From assembly GCA_958296135.2 (NCBI GenBank), contig CATQHZ020000001.1, positions 4,512,001 through 4,576,000 of the forward strand: a stretch of 64,000 bases of DNA, given 5' to 3'. The notes below the pieces were generated by a model. The model was not told the origin of the DNA, searched no databases, and saw only the letters and a program-made list of their open reading frames with translations. Position numbers and translations under genes: made by a program. This stretch comes from an uncultured Poribacteria bacterium (GTDB lineage Bacteria; Poribacteria; WGA-4E; WGA-3G). Positions 1 through 9,476 of the stretch are shown piece after piece (position 1 is the first letter of the stretch; the number at the start of each line of letters is the position of its first letter).

Positions 1-475
1 GAAGCACCAGCGGCTCTCGATATTTTTCCGGTAACTCCGCGATGGCTTTTCGGAGCGCGTTGTGGAGTTCCTTGCGTTCAAGCACCACATCGGGTTGATA
101 AGAGACATCGGCGGGCGCACTGGCGATGCGGTTCTCTGCATCCGCCGCTGCATCGCCCGGCTCCCCCTCGCTCACCGTGTTATCCACCCAATGCCGGCCA
201 CGGCGGCCGCGGTCGCGGAGCTCGTTTTTGCACAAGTTCGACGCAATGTGATACATCCACGTGTTAAATTGCGCGTGCCCCGGCTTGTAACGAGGCGCCG
301 CTTGGAAAATGCGGATGAACGTCTCCTGAGCCAAGTCCTCCGCACTGTCTCTGTCACCGATGAACCGCGCGATAAAATTGATGAGCGGCTGCTGATGTCG
401 ACGGACTAAGAGCGTAAACGCGCTCTCATCACCTTTCTGAAAGCGTTCCATTAATTCATCGTCTAATTCAGGCAT
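1..475 (-). CDS. ECF (sigma-70 family) RNA polymerase sigma factor, 3'-truncated by window edge
   Basis: Not in the ORF track. Manual translation from ATG 475 (RBS GGAGG): MPELDDELMERFQKGDESAFTLLVRRHQQPLINFIARFIGDRDSAEDLAQETFIRIF...FNTWMYHIA..., ending AIAELPEKYREPLVL (ECF regions 2 and 4). Confidence 0.92.
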   Translation of the reverse strand, partial: MPELDDELMERFQKGDESAFTLLVRRHQQPLINFIARFIGDRDSAEDLAQETFIRIFQAAPRYKPGHAQFNTWMYHIASNLCKNELRDRGRRGRHWVDNTVSEGEPGDAAADAENRIASAPADVSYQPDVVLERKELHNALRKAIAELPEKYREPLVL

Positions 476-554
476 CAGTTCCCTCCATCGGTGCTTACTA
501 TCTTATTATACACCTAACTACCGATTTAGTTGCATTTTTTTACATCTGCAGAAC

Positions 555-584
555 TTGACCTCGAAACGTTTTTCATGTTATGAT
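555..584 (+). promoter_or_regulatory. putative sigma-70 promoter
   Basis: TTGACC-18 nt-TATGAT with extended -10 TG, upstream of the O-methyltransferase. Confidence 0.5.
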
Positions 585-654
585 GAAAATCGCGCAAAGA
601 TGATAGCGAATTTTATCATATATACCCCAAAATGTCAATTTTCTGGAGGGAACT

Positions 655-1224
655 ATGTTTGAACAAGTTTTACAAGAAGTTGAGACGCAATGTCGGGAAG
701 AACGCATCCCGATGTTAGGGCCCGAAAAGGCGGAATTTCTCGCCGCCCGCGTAGAAAAGGCCAAACCGACGCTGATTGTGGAGTGCGGGACAGCCATCGG
801 CTACTCCGGACTCTGGATGCTGCGCGTATTGAAGCGGCTCGGCTCGGGACGCTTGATAACGGTGGAGATAGATGCAGACCGGGCACATCGCGCGCGTGAC
901 AGCTTCAAACGTGCCGGCGTGGCAGACCTGGTTGATTCGCGCATCGGCGATGCACAAGAAGTGCTGAAAAGCATTGACACCCCGGTCGATTTTTTGCTCC
1001 TTGACAACAACTTCAGCAACTACTTTCCCTGCTTCCAAGCGATTGAATCGCGGTTAACGAACCCAGCCACGGTCCTCGCGGACAACGTCGGCATCGGTGC
1101 CAATGATATGGCAGATTACCTCGCGCACGTCCGCGACCGGTATGAGTGCGAGACACACTGGTTTGACATTGACTTGCCGTGGGTGAAACAGGACGCGATT
1201 GAGGTGAGTAGTTATCGGCGGTGA
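655..1224 (+). CDS. O-methyltransferase (Methyltransf_3 family)
   Basis: VECGTAIGYSGLW SAM motif, LITVEID, DFLLLD, LADNV; RBS GGAGG. Confidence 0.9.
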   Translation: MFEQVLQEVETQCREERIPMLGPEKAEFLAARVEKAKPTLIVECGTAIGYSGLWMLRVLKRLGSGRLITVEIDADRAHRARDSFKRAGVADLVDSRIGDAQEVLKSIDTPVDFLLLDNNFSNYFPCFQAIESRLTNPATVLADNVGIGANDMADYLAHVRDRYECETHWFDIDLPWVKQDAIEVSSYRR

Positions 1225-1229
1225 GCAAA

Positions 1230-1256
1230 TAGGCGCGCTTGCAACGCGCGCCTACC
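1230..1256. repeat. REP-like palindrome (TAGGCGCGC...GCGCGCCTAC class)
   Basis: Inverted repeat ending in CTAC; relatives near 8510, 10825-10880, 28950, 35171-35224 and 50740. Confidence 0.75.
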
Positions 1257-1285
1257 AGGGTTTATGAAGCCCTACCGAGGATAGC

Positions 1286-3955
1286 GTGATGAGGACTTAC
1301 ATGAAATACGATTTTACCGATATTGCACGGCTACCTGCGCCAGGTGACAACGTTGCTATCGCGACGCAGCGGTTGGAAGCTGGCACCCAGATTCGCCACA
1401 ACGACAGCTCGTTTCGGCTGTCACACACGATTTTAGAGGGGCATCGTTTTGCCATCCAGCCTATCGCTGCGGAAGCACCGTTGCTGTCCTGGGGATTGCC
1501 GTTCGGTTTTGCCTCGGGCGCGATTGCCCCCGGCGATTACGTCTGCAATCAGAAGATGATTCAGGCGTTGACGATTCGGAACCTCGATTTCGCGCTGCCG
1601 GCGAGCCCCAATTTTCGCGATGCCATGGCGCCTTATACCCTAGACGCGGCAAAATTCCGCGCGGGACAGCAGGCGGCACGTTACGAACACCAACGCGCTT
1701 TTCTCGGCTATCCGCGGCCGGGGAAGCGCGGTGTCGGCACGCGGAACTACATCGTCGTGATGGGTACAACGTCGCGCACTGCCAGTTTTGCGCGACAACT
1801 CACCGATAAGTTTGCTGGCGTTGCCGAAGCGTACCCAAACATCGATGGCATCGTCGCCGTGGCACACACCGAAGGCGGCGAGAGCCAAAAACCGAATAAT
1901 CTGGAGATGCTCCTCCGAACCCTCGCCGGTTTCACCGTGCATCCGAACGTCGGCGCAATACTCCTGGTTGACTACGGGACTGAATCCGTTACCAACGAGA
2001 TGCTGGCGAACTACATGGCGCGCGAGGGATATGAGACAGACAATGTGCTTCACCAATTCTTTCACTTGCAGGGAAGTTTTGACGCGGACTTAGCCGGTGG
2101 GGCGGAGATTCTCAACAGCTGGCTTGAGAAAGTCAACGCTGTTGAACGAACAGCGCAACCGTTGGAAAAACTCAAAATCGCGTTGCAGTGTGGCGGTTCG
2201 GATGCGTTCTCCGGCGTCTCTGGCAACCCGCTCGCCGCTTATGTCGCGAAGGAGGTAATCCGTTACGGTGGGTGTGCCAACCTCGCGGAGACTGATGAAC
2301 TCATCGGCGCGGAGGCGTATGTGCTGCAGAATATCTGCGATCTGCCCACAGCGCGCAAATTCCTCAACACGATTGAGGACTTCAAGGAGCGAGCCGGGTG
2401 GCACGGACATTCTGCAGAAGGGAATCCATCGGGCGGCAACAATTTCAGGGGGCTCTATAACATCGCTATTAAGTCCATCGGCGCAGCGATGAAGCGGCAC
2501 CCGGATGTCTGCCTCGACTATGTCATCAACTACAGCGAGTTGATGGAAAAGCCAGGCTACTATTTCATGGATAGCCCCGGCAACGATTTAGAGAGCATCG
2601 CCGGGCAGGTGGCATCCGGGTCCAACATGATTTTCTTCGTGACAGGCAACGGCTCCATCACCAACTTCCCCTTCGTACCGACGATTAAGATTGTGACAAC
2701 AACGGGACGATACGAGATGCTGTCAAACGATATGGATGTGAACGCCGGTGAATATCTCGATGGCACGCCGATGGATGAACTCGGTGAGGAGATGCTAGAA
2801 CTGACGGTAGATGTCGCATCCGGCACGCGTTCGGTGGGCGAAAAAGCGGGGCATTCGCAAGTCTCGCTGTGGCGCGATTGGAAGCAGACAGGGCCCGCGG
2901 ATTTGGCTCCGGCACTGGAAGCATCGGCGTTGAAGTCAGGTGAACCGGTTGCAATTGGAACCGAGGCAGCAGCAACTCCCGCTGCCAAACAGACGTTCCG
3001 CGCCTTCCAAACAGCAGCCGGATACAGAACCGAGCAGCTCGGGCTCATCTTGCCGACAAGTCTCTGTTCCGGGCAAATTGCACAGATGATTGCGCATCGT
3101 TGCAACGAAAAAGGTATCGGCAAGGAGAAGGGTATCTCCCGATTTGTGGCACTGCCGCACACGGAGGGGTGCGGCGTTTCCAGTGGGCGTTCCGAGGAAA
3201 TTTACACCCGCACGATGATAGGCCACCTCACGCATCCATCCATCGCGCTCGGTTTGCTCCTCGAACACGGATGCGAGAAAACGCACAATGACCAGGTGCG
3301 CCACGACATCCTGCAACTCGGCATCTCTCCAGAACGATACGGCTGGGCAAGCGTGCAACTCGATGGCGGCATTGACGCTGTCATTGAGAAGGTGCAAGAC
3401 TGGTTTGAGGATACCCTCGTCAAGCAACCGAAGAACCCTGTCGTTGACGCGGCATTGGCGCACCTCTGTATCGGTATGATGTCAACAGGCGAATGCCCCG
3501 AAGGTTTGGCGGCGTTAACGCACACGATTGTCCGTGCAGGCGGAACCGTTGTCGTGCCAGCGAATGCGACGTTTCTTCCAGCACTGCACGCGCCTACCCC
3601 GACATTGGCGTACGGGCAAGCTGTCGAAAAGCCAGGGTTGCATATCATGGAGACACCGACAGACCAGCCGACAGAGACGTTGACTGGATTGGCCTCAACC
3701 GGTGTTGCACTGACACTGGCGCATGTCGTCGGTGCGCCGCTCCAATCGCATCAGATGGTGCCGCTCATTCAGTTGACTACCGACACCGCCACACAAGATA
3801 AATATGGTGACGACATGGATCTGGCTACCGATGATGTGGCAGCGATGCTGGCATGCGTTCTGGAGGTGGCTTCGCGTCGCTATACGCCAAAACTGCACGG
3901 CAAGGGGAACACGGATTTCCAATTGACGCGCGGGTTATTGGGGATTTCAATGTAA
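1286..3955 (+). CDS. UxaA/GarD-family sugar-acid dehydratase, extended form with a second partial dehydratase module
   Basis: N-terminal SAF domain (DNVAIA...GHRFA), VGTRNY, HTEGG, QCGGSDAFSG, GNPSGGN; second HTEGCG and LEHGCEK block. Start may be ATG 1301. Confidence 0.88.
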   Translation: MMRTYMKYDFTDIARLPAPGDNVAIATQRLEAGTQIRHNDSSFRLSHTILEGHRFAIQPIAAEAPLLSWGLPFGFASGAIAPGDYVCNQKMIQALTIRNLDFALPASPNFRDAMAPYTLDAAKFRAGQQAARYEHQRAFLGYPRPGKRGVGTRNYIVVMGTTSRTASFARQLTDKFAGVAEAYPNIDGIVAVAHTEGGESQKPNNLEMLLRTLAGFTVHPNVGAILLVDYGTESVTNEMLANYMAREGYETDNVLHQFFHLQGSFDADLAGGAEILNSWLEKVNAVERTAQPLEKLKIALQCGGSDAFSGVSGNPLAAYVAKEVIRYGGCANLAETDELIGAEAYVLQNICDLPTARKFLNTIEDFKERAGWHGHSAEGNPSGGNNFRGLYNIAIKSIGAAMKRHPDVCLDYVINYSELMEKPGYYFMDSPGNDLESIAGQVASGSNMIFFVTGNGSITNFPFVPTIKIVTTTGRYEMLSNDMDVNAGEYLDGTPMDELGEEMLELTVDVASGTRSVGEKAGHSQVSLWRDWKQTGPADLAPALEASALKSGEPVAIGTEAAATPAAKQTFRAFQTAAGYRTEQLGLILPTSLCSGQIAQMIAHRCNEKGIGKEKGISRFVALPHTEGCGVSSGRSEEIYTRTMIGHLTHPSIALGLLLEHGCEKTHNDQVRHDILQLGISPERYGWASVQLDGGIDAVIEKVQDWFEDTLVKQPKNPVVDAALAHLCIGMMSTGECPEGLAALTHTIVRAGGTVVVPANATFLPALHAPTPTLAYGQAVEKPGLHIMETPTDQPTETLTGLASTGVALTLAHVVGAPLQSHQMVPLIQLTTDTATQDKYGDDMDLATDDVAAMLACVLEVASRRYTPKLHGKGNTDFQLTRGLLGISM

Positions 3956-3958
3956 TTG

Positions 3959-4130
3959 CTGTTCCCTGAAATCGCGACATATCTGGACAAGTCCGTATGA
4001 GTCTGTCCGATTTCTAAAGTTCCTGCTTCAGCACTCACCGCCTCCGAGTCACACCAGGTGTGCCTACTATGAGGTCTGACACGAGCTCCACAGGCGTTTT
4101 ACCTCTCCGTCAAACCAGCGGCGAGGGTTC
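3959..4130 (-). ncRNA. putative omegaRNA scaffold of TnpB copy 1
   Basis: Conserved 3' region after tnpB (ACGCCTGTGGAG...GAAGCAGGAA...TCGGACAGAC/CTTGTCCAG hairpin) shared with copy 2. 5' boundary approximate. Confidence 0.65.
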
Positions 4131-5189
4131 CAAATTCCTTGCAGCGTTCAAATCGCGGTCGATGCGCAACCCACAGTCACTGCAGTGATAGTCACGTTCC
4201 GATAACGTGAGGGTATCCTTCTTATGTCCACAAGCACTGCACGTCTTCGATGAAGCGAACCACTGAGAGGCTTCCTCAATCCGCAACCCTAATGCCGTCG
4301 CTTTCGTTTTCAGCATCGCTAGAAATCCCCCGAGTGCTGCGTCTGATAATGCCTTCGCCAAACGCCGGTTTTTCATCATACCTTTCACGTTCAGAGATTC
4401 GATACCGATTGCTGAGACACCTTTCACAATCGCCGTGCTTGCTTTGTGATGCGCGTCTTCGCGGATGCAAGCGATACGATAGTGGATACGAACAACACGT
4501 TCCTTCTTCTTCCACCAATTCTGACTACGATAGACTGAACGACTTAGGGCGCGTTGCGCACGGCGGAGTTGACGCTGATAACGGGCCAAGGCGCGTGGGT
4601 TTCCAAAGGTACGTCCATCAGAGCAAGTGGCGAGGGTGTTGATACCTACATCGATGCCCACGGTAGGCAACCCGCGTAAATCGGGTTTGGCTCGGGGCGT
4701 GGTTTCGACGAGCACCGATGCAAACCAACGATGCCCTCGCTTCTTGATAACAACGCGCATCACGTCGCCTTTGAACCGTAATGCTTCAAACGTCCGCACC
4801 CAGCCTATCTTCGGCAGGTAAAGCCGTTTACCTTCACATTTTATCGCATTGCGTTTATTGTCAACGCGAAACGATTGTTTACCCGACTTCCGCTTATACT
4901 TCGGAAACTTGGCGATTTTGTTTTTCCACCGTTGACACGCCGTGTTAAAATCATCGAAGACATGTGATGCCACGCGGGCGATGAGCGGTTTCTGCCATTC
5001 AAACTGTGTGTCTTTTACGGCGTTAAACCGAGTGCGCAATGTGCGGCCGTTCCGCCATTCGCCTGCTGTCAAGCCCGCTTTGAAATCGGACAAAGCATAG
5101 TTATAGACGAAGCGTCGGAATCCGGCATGCTGATGGAATTGTTGAACCTGCGCCACAGAGGGCCGCAAGGCAATATGATGAGTTTTCAT
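4110..5189 (-). CDS. tnpB: RNA-guided endonuclease TnpB
   Basis: RuvC GIDVG / GIESLNV / DRDLNAA intact; Zn finger CSACG...CSDCG; N-terminal HTH_OrfB. Confidence 0.95.
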   Translation of the reverse strand: MKTHHIALRPSVAQVQQFHQHAGFRRFVYNYALSDFKAGLTAGEWRNGRTLRTRFNAVKDTQFEWQKPLIARVASHVFDDFNTACQRWKNKIAKFPKYKRKSGKQSFRVDNKRNAIKCEGKRLYLPKIGWVRTFEALRFKGDVMRVVIKKRGHRWFASVLVETTPRAKPDLRGLPTVGIDVGINTLATCSDGRTFGNPRALARYQRQLRRAQRALSRSVYRSQNWWKKKERVVRIHYRIACIREDAHHKASTAIVKGVSAIGIESLNVKGMMKNRRLAKALSDAALGGFLAMLKTKATALGLRIEEASQWFASSKTCSACGHKKDTLTLSERDYHCSDCGLRIDRDLNAARNLEPSPLV

Positions 5190-5392
5190 CGTGTGTTCCC
5201 GTATGCTGTGTGTCGCCTATATCATAAGGTGGGCAAAAGGTTTGTATCTCCCGTAGACGGGAGGACATACCGAAACACTTCGTATAGCACTTATGTTGGC
5301 GTTTATCACGATAAATCCGCTTTTATCACGATGTGTCTCGATTTTCGGGGGCTAGGAACGTCCTCCCAGATTGGCCACCTCTGTATTGGCTC

Positions 5393-6454
5393 TTACAACG
5401 GCAACGCAATCGGCGCGCCGATTTCAGAGGAGCGATACGTCGCCTCCGCCAATTCAATTCCATCGCGGCCGATGCGGCCGTGCGTTGTCGGCTGTTCCTC
5501 GCCGGCGATGCATCGGAGCCAATGATGAATGCTGGCCCCTTTGGCGGCGACACCCCAATACCGTTGCTCGCGCTGCGCCGCCGACATATTGCGATAGGTA
5601 TCATCGTCCGGCACCGGCGCGGTGAACTCTGCCGTTGATGCCATATCGTGTGTTTTCCACCGGAGCCCATGCCGTATGAGTGTCGCGGAACCGTTGCTTG
5701 TGACGAGGCCATTCCCGCTATTGCCAATCTCCGCCGCCCAACTCTTCATCATCATCCCCACGCCGCCGTTTTTGAAGTGCACGGTGAGGACAGCGTTGTT
5801 TTCCACAGCAGCGTCAGGTGCCGGATATGTGCCGCCGAGAGGGACATAGCTGGTGACACCGTAAACGGAAGTGGCAGGCCCATAGAGCCACAGCCAGATA
5901 TCAAGGTGATGAATCGCTTGCTCCACTAGCATCCCGCCGGATTCCGCCTTGACAAATAGCCACGGGTGTCGTTCCGGCGAAAACCAACCGACCTGGTTGG
6001 AATACGCCATCTGCAAGGTGCCGAGAGTGCCATCGTCTAGCAATGCCTTCAGTTTTTGATGCCCCGGGTCAAAGCGCATCATATATGCTACCATGAGGAG
6101 GACATCGGCGTTCTCCGCGGCGGCCACCATCTCGTCGCCCTCGGCGACGTTGCAGCACATCGGTTTCTCCATGAGGATATGTTTGCCTGCAGCTGCCGCG
6201 GCCAGCGTGATGTCGCGATGGGGACGGGGATGCACGCACACGTCTACCGCGTCAATATCCTTTCTATCGAGGAGCGCGCGGTAATCGGTATAAGCATCCG
6301 CACCGAATCGAGCCGCTTGTTCGGTGGCCGATGCTGCGTTAATGTCGGCGATAGCGACGATGTCGGCGCGCCGTGTCGGTTCTTCGTAATATGGGGCATG
6401 GAGGCTTCGGAAAATGCCGCCGCATCCAATAATGCCAACGCTGATTTTGTCCAT
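5393..6454 (-). CDS. Gfo/Idh/MocA oxidoreductase
   Basis: GIIGCGGI, HILMEKPM, GGMLVEQAIHHLD. Confidence 0.92.
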   Translation of the reverse strand: MDKISVGIIGCGGIFRSLHAPYYEEPTRRADIVAIADINAASATEQAARFGADAYTDYRALLDRKDIDAVDVCVHPRPHRDITLAAAAAGKHILMEKPMCCNVAEGDEMVAAAENADVLLMVAYMMRFDPGHQKLKALLDDGTLGTLQMAYSNQVGWFSPERHPWLFVKAESGGMLVEQAIHHLDIWLWLYGPATSVYGVTSYVPLGGTYPAPDAAVENNAVLTVHFKNGGVGMMMKSWAAEIGNSGNGLVTSNGSATLIRHGLRWKTHDMASTAEFTAPVPDDDTYRNMSAAQREQRYWGVAAKGASIHHWLRCIAGEEQPTTHGRIGRDGIELAEATYRSSEIGAPIALPL

Positions 6455-6505
6455 GGGATGTCTCCTATTTTAGGGATTGCGAGGGACAAGCCCTCGCACT
6501 ACGGA

Positions 6506-7246
6506 CTACGGGCCACTTTTTTTGCGCAGGAGGGGCGGTGGGCTCTCATCCTCCAAGAGTGCAAGTGCTTCAGCGATAATCTCGTGTTGCAAAGCCGGAT
6601 TATTCGGTTCGCCGAGCGGGTGCCCGAATGGATACGGCACCAACAGCGCACGCGGCGGTTTCACATGCCTCGCGATGCTCTCAACAAGCGCAACAGAGAC
6701 CGTGGAGATGCCGACTTCTTCAACCGCACGTTGGATCAGGCCTACAGACTGATTGCACACCGGTCAAACCGGGGTCAGGAACGCAGCGTCCACGCCATCA
6801 CCTTTGAGAAGCCGCGCGACTTCCGGGGCAGTCTCATCAATTAGCCGTTGCGGTTTCACAATGGAGCCCATGAAACTGAAGTGTCTGTGATTGAGGCACC
6901 CGATTGTGCCATCGCGTTCTAGCTCGCGGAACCTGTCTAGCGGAAAGACGAGGTTCGCGTCAAGTTTGGTATCGCTGGTATCGTAAGCACGGCTTTGATG
7001 CGCGATAGCGACGCTTTGCGTTTCAACGGTGTTCGGTATTTCACGATATGAACAATCGCCGCCCGAGATGGTTTCATCGAAAGGCGGTTGCTCGTCTAGG
7101 TAGAAACCGGCAGTAGTCACCAGCGCGACGCGGCACCCGCTCAGCGGCAAACGGAGCGGCGCGTGCGGGACGGTGTCATACCTTTGATAGCGGTAAGCCT
7201 TCATAAAAAGACGTAAACGGAGACTCAGTTCGTTAAAAGATGCGAT
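6506..7246 (-). CDS. GrdB/PrdB-like (glycine/sarcosine/betaine/D-proline reductase B family) selenoprotein, Sec at TGA 6764-6766
   Basis: ORFs 6764..7294 and 6506..6760 are in frame and join as AAFLTPV-U-PVCNQSVGLIQRAVEEVGISTVSV...KPPRAL.VPYPFGHPLG; N-part ALVTTAG...GDCSYR...DANLVFPLDRFREL. Start uncertain. Confidence 0.85.
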
Positions 7247-7280
7247 GGGTTTACCTCGTTTGTTGTAGCTGCCTTGGCTC

Positions 7281-8306
7281 CTAGCCGTTCGCAAAAATGA
7301 GGCGGTTTCTATTCTGGCACGGCAACTGGACTGTCTCTCCCGTTATCCCGCTCTCAATCGTGGCGAATCCGATTTCGTTGACAGCGGTATAATCGTCACG
7401 CGCGCAGTCGGGAAGCGCGCCGCCATCAAGGTAATCGCTAATCTGTTTGTAAGCGATTTTGAAAGGACTGGCGTTTTCGGGAAGCCCGAGCGGGGCGTTG
7501 TCAATGACTTTTCCATCTTTCTGCACAACCGTGCCAGAGTAGAAGCCTGTATTCACTACGCCTTCACTGCCGAGAATATCCACCGAAAATCCGCCGCGCG
7601 CCCCATGATTTCCGACGTGGAACCCCATAACGCCGCTTGAAAAACGGATAGTAGCACCGACAATCGCGGGTTCCGGTTCGTAAGGCGCGGGGACATTCCC
7701 ACCGCCTTTCACGTAACCGGTTACCGAACCCGGGTCATAGCCTGCAAACTGGCAGATCATGTCGGTGGTGTGGATGGCAAACGACAGTACACCGCCGCCG
7801 CAGTAGCCGATGACGCTTTGCACCTCGCCGATGAGGCCATCTCGGATAAGCGATTGGAGCCGGATGAGATGTGGGCCCCAGTGCCGCGTGTAATCAACAA
7901 CGATGGGGATGCCTTTTGCGTCTGCGCCGGCTGTCATCGTGTCTACCTCTTCAAGCGAACAACCAGCCGGCTTTTCAAGAAAGATTGCCTTGATATCCGC
8001 CGTCAGGACGTTCTGCATTACTTTGAAATGGTGGGGGCCACGCACACAGACAGCGACAATATCCAACTCTTCGCTCTCCAGCAGCTGGGTGTCAGTTTCA
8101 TAATAATTGATGGTGCCATCTGGAAAGGCCGGACCCCACGTCTGTTGAAACTCGGTTTGGCGTTCGGTGGACATGTCTGCCACTGCCACCAATGCGGTTG
8201 TCTCACAAAGCCGGATGCCGCCCGCGTGGCAATAGGGATATGGTTCATCGGGGGTTGAATAGCGGGAGGCGATGTTGCCTAACCCAATAATGCCGACACG
8301 ATACAT
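7281..8306 (-). CDS. Gfo/Idh/MocA oxidoreductase
   Basis: GIIGLGNIA, IFLEKPA, AIHTTD; RBS AAGGAG. Confidence 0.9.
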   Translation of the reverse strand: MYRVGIIGLGNIASRYSTPDEPYPYCHAGGIRLCETTALVAVADMSTERQTEFQQTWGPAFPDGTINYYETDTQLLESEELDIVAVCVRGPHHFKVMQNVLTADIKAIFLEKPAGCSLEEVDTMTAGADAKGIPIVVDYTRHWGPHLIRLQSLIRDGLIGEVQSVIGYCGGGVLSFAIHTTDMICQFAGYDPGSVTGYVKGGGNVPAPYEPEPAIVGATIRFSSGVMGFHVGNHGARGGFSVDILGSEGVVNTGFYSGTVVQKDGKVIDNAPLGLPENASPFKIAYKQISDYLDGGALPDCARDDYTAVNEIGFATIESGITGETVQLPCQNRNRLIFANG

Positions 8307-8645
8307 TGGAATTGCTCCTTTGTTCGGAACGTGTTGCTATGGCTATGAATTATACCACAAAAATGTTTCGGTTTGCAACTGCAAATTACCAGGGGCATTT
8401 AGTTGTCCCATCTCTGTCGTTTGAGATGAGTTCGCCGCATCGCAAACAGTGGACATCTCTGCAGCGTCATGGCGGCGTGACAGGTTGAGACCGGGCACCG
8501 GGGAGGTTGCGCGCGTCCAAAGCGCGCCTACGGAGTTGAGTCCGCGTTCGTCCTGAAGATATATAGAGTCTACCTCAATTCTATACCAAATGTCAACTTT
8601 TTTCCAACCGAAAACGAACGCATCCGGCGTATTTCATAAAATCTC

Positions 8646-8675
8646 TTGACAGAAAACCGTTTTTTAGGGTATAAT
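8646..8675 (+). promoter_or_regulatory. sigma-70 promoter
   Basis: TTGACA-18 nt-TATAAT. Confidence 0.7.
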
Positions 8676-8768
8676 TAATGTGGAAATGATGCAGGATATC
8701 TGTCAGTGTCGTTGCTGATGCCGGGGCAACGCAACGACGCGTTTTTTCGGCGTAACGGAGGTAAAATT

Positions 8769-9476
8769 ATGGCAACAACGAATTTGAAACAACGGATTCG
8801 CAACGGAGAACATGTCTACGGCGTTTCTGTCTCAATGACGACATCGCGCGACGCGCTCGCCGCTCGGATTGAGGCGGGCGGCTACGATTTTGTCGCCGTC
8901 GATAGCCAACATTCGGCACTCAGTGAAGAACGGCTCGTTGCATTTTGCAACGTGGCAGATGAATTGGACATCCCGGTCAACTTTCGGATTAAGCATACCC
9001 GGAACGCTTACCTCATCGGGAACTACCTCGACCTAGGTCCCGCCGGCATCGAGGTGCCGCAGGTGGAACTCGATGCGACGGTGGACGAAGCAGTCGCCGC
9101 TTTTTACTATCCGCAGCAGGGGATTCGCAGCTGGGGCGGCGGCGCGCGCAAAAATTCTGCCGGCCGCGAACGGCTCGAATACGCCGACTGGTGGAATAAT
9201 TACGGCGTGCTTTGGATGCAGATTGAATCGATTGAGGCGGTAACGCATGCCCGGCAGCTTGCCAAACCCGGCGTGGATTGTCTCTCCTTCGGGCCCGCCG
9301 ATTTGACGTTCAGCATTGAGAGCCACCCACATCACGCACTCCAAACGGTGGATGCGTGCGTGCAGTATGTCGCAAGCGCGTTGGAGGAGAGCCCCACCAC
9401 CGTCTGCTTCCGGAACGGCAGCCCGAACACCCGTCAAAAGTATGCGGACATGGGTGTCACCGTGTTTTTAGAATAA
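8769..9476 (+). CDS. HpcH/HpaI aldolase/citrate lyase family protein
   Basis: GYDFVAVDSQH, YLDLGP.GI.VPQV, YYPQQGIRSWG, MQIES, FGPADL; ATG 8769 follows GGAGG. Confidence 0.88.
   Translation: MATTNLKQRIRNGEHVYGVSVSMTTSRDALAARIEAGGYDFVAVDSQHSALSEERLVAFCNVADELDIPVNFRIKHTRNAYLIGNYLDLGPAGIEVPQVELDATVDEAVAAFYYPQQGIRSWGGGARKNSAGRERLEYADWWNNYGVLWMQIESIEAVTHARQLAKPGVDCLSFGPADLTFSIESHPHHALQTVDACVQYVASALEESPTTVCFRNGSPNTRQKYADMGVTVFLE

Larger units (their letters stand above)
3959..5362 (-). mobile_element. non-autonomous IS607-like TnpB element, copy 1 (1404 bp)
   Basis: Ends defined by identity with the copy at 35372-36954: LE GACGTTCCTAGC..., RE ...TTTCAGGGAACAG, AG at both junctions. No tnpA. Confidence 0.85.

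Noticed and set aside
5275-5298. loxP/dif-like site in the TnpB left end (ACTTCGTATAGCA-C-TTATGTT; also about 35436-35459)
   Set aside because: 13 nt match loxP but the second arm is absent; spacing to the XerD-like TTATGTT is 3 rather than 6 nt; no tyrosine recombinase nearby.
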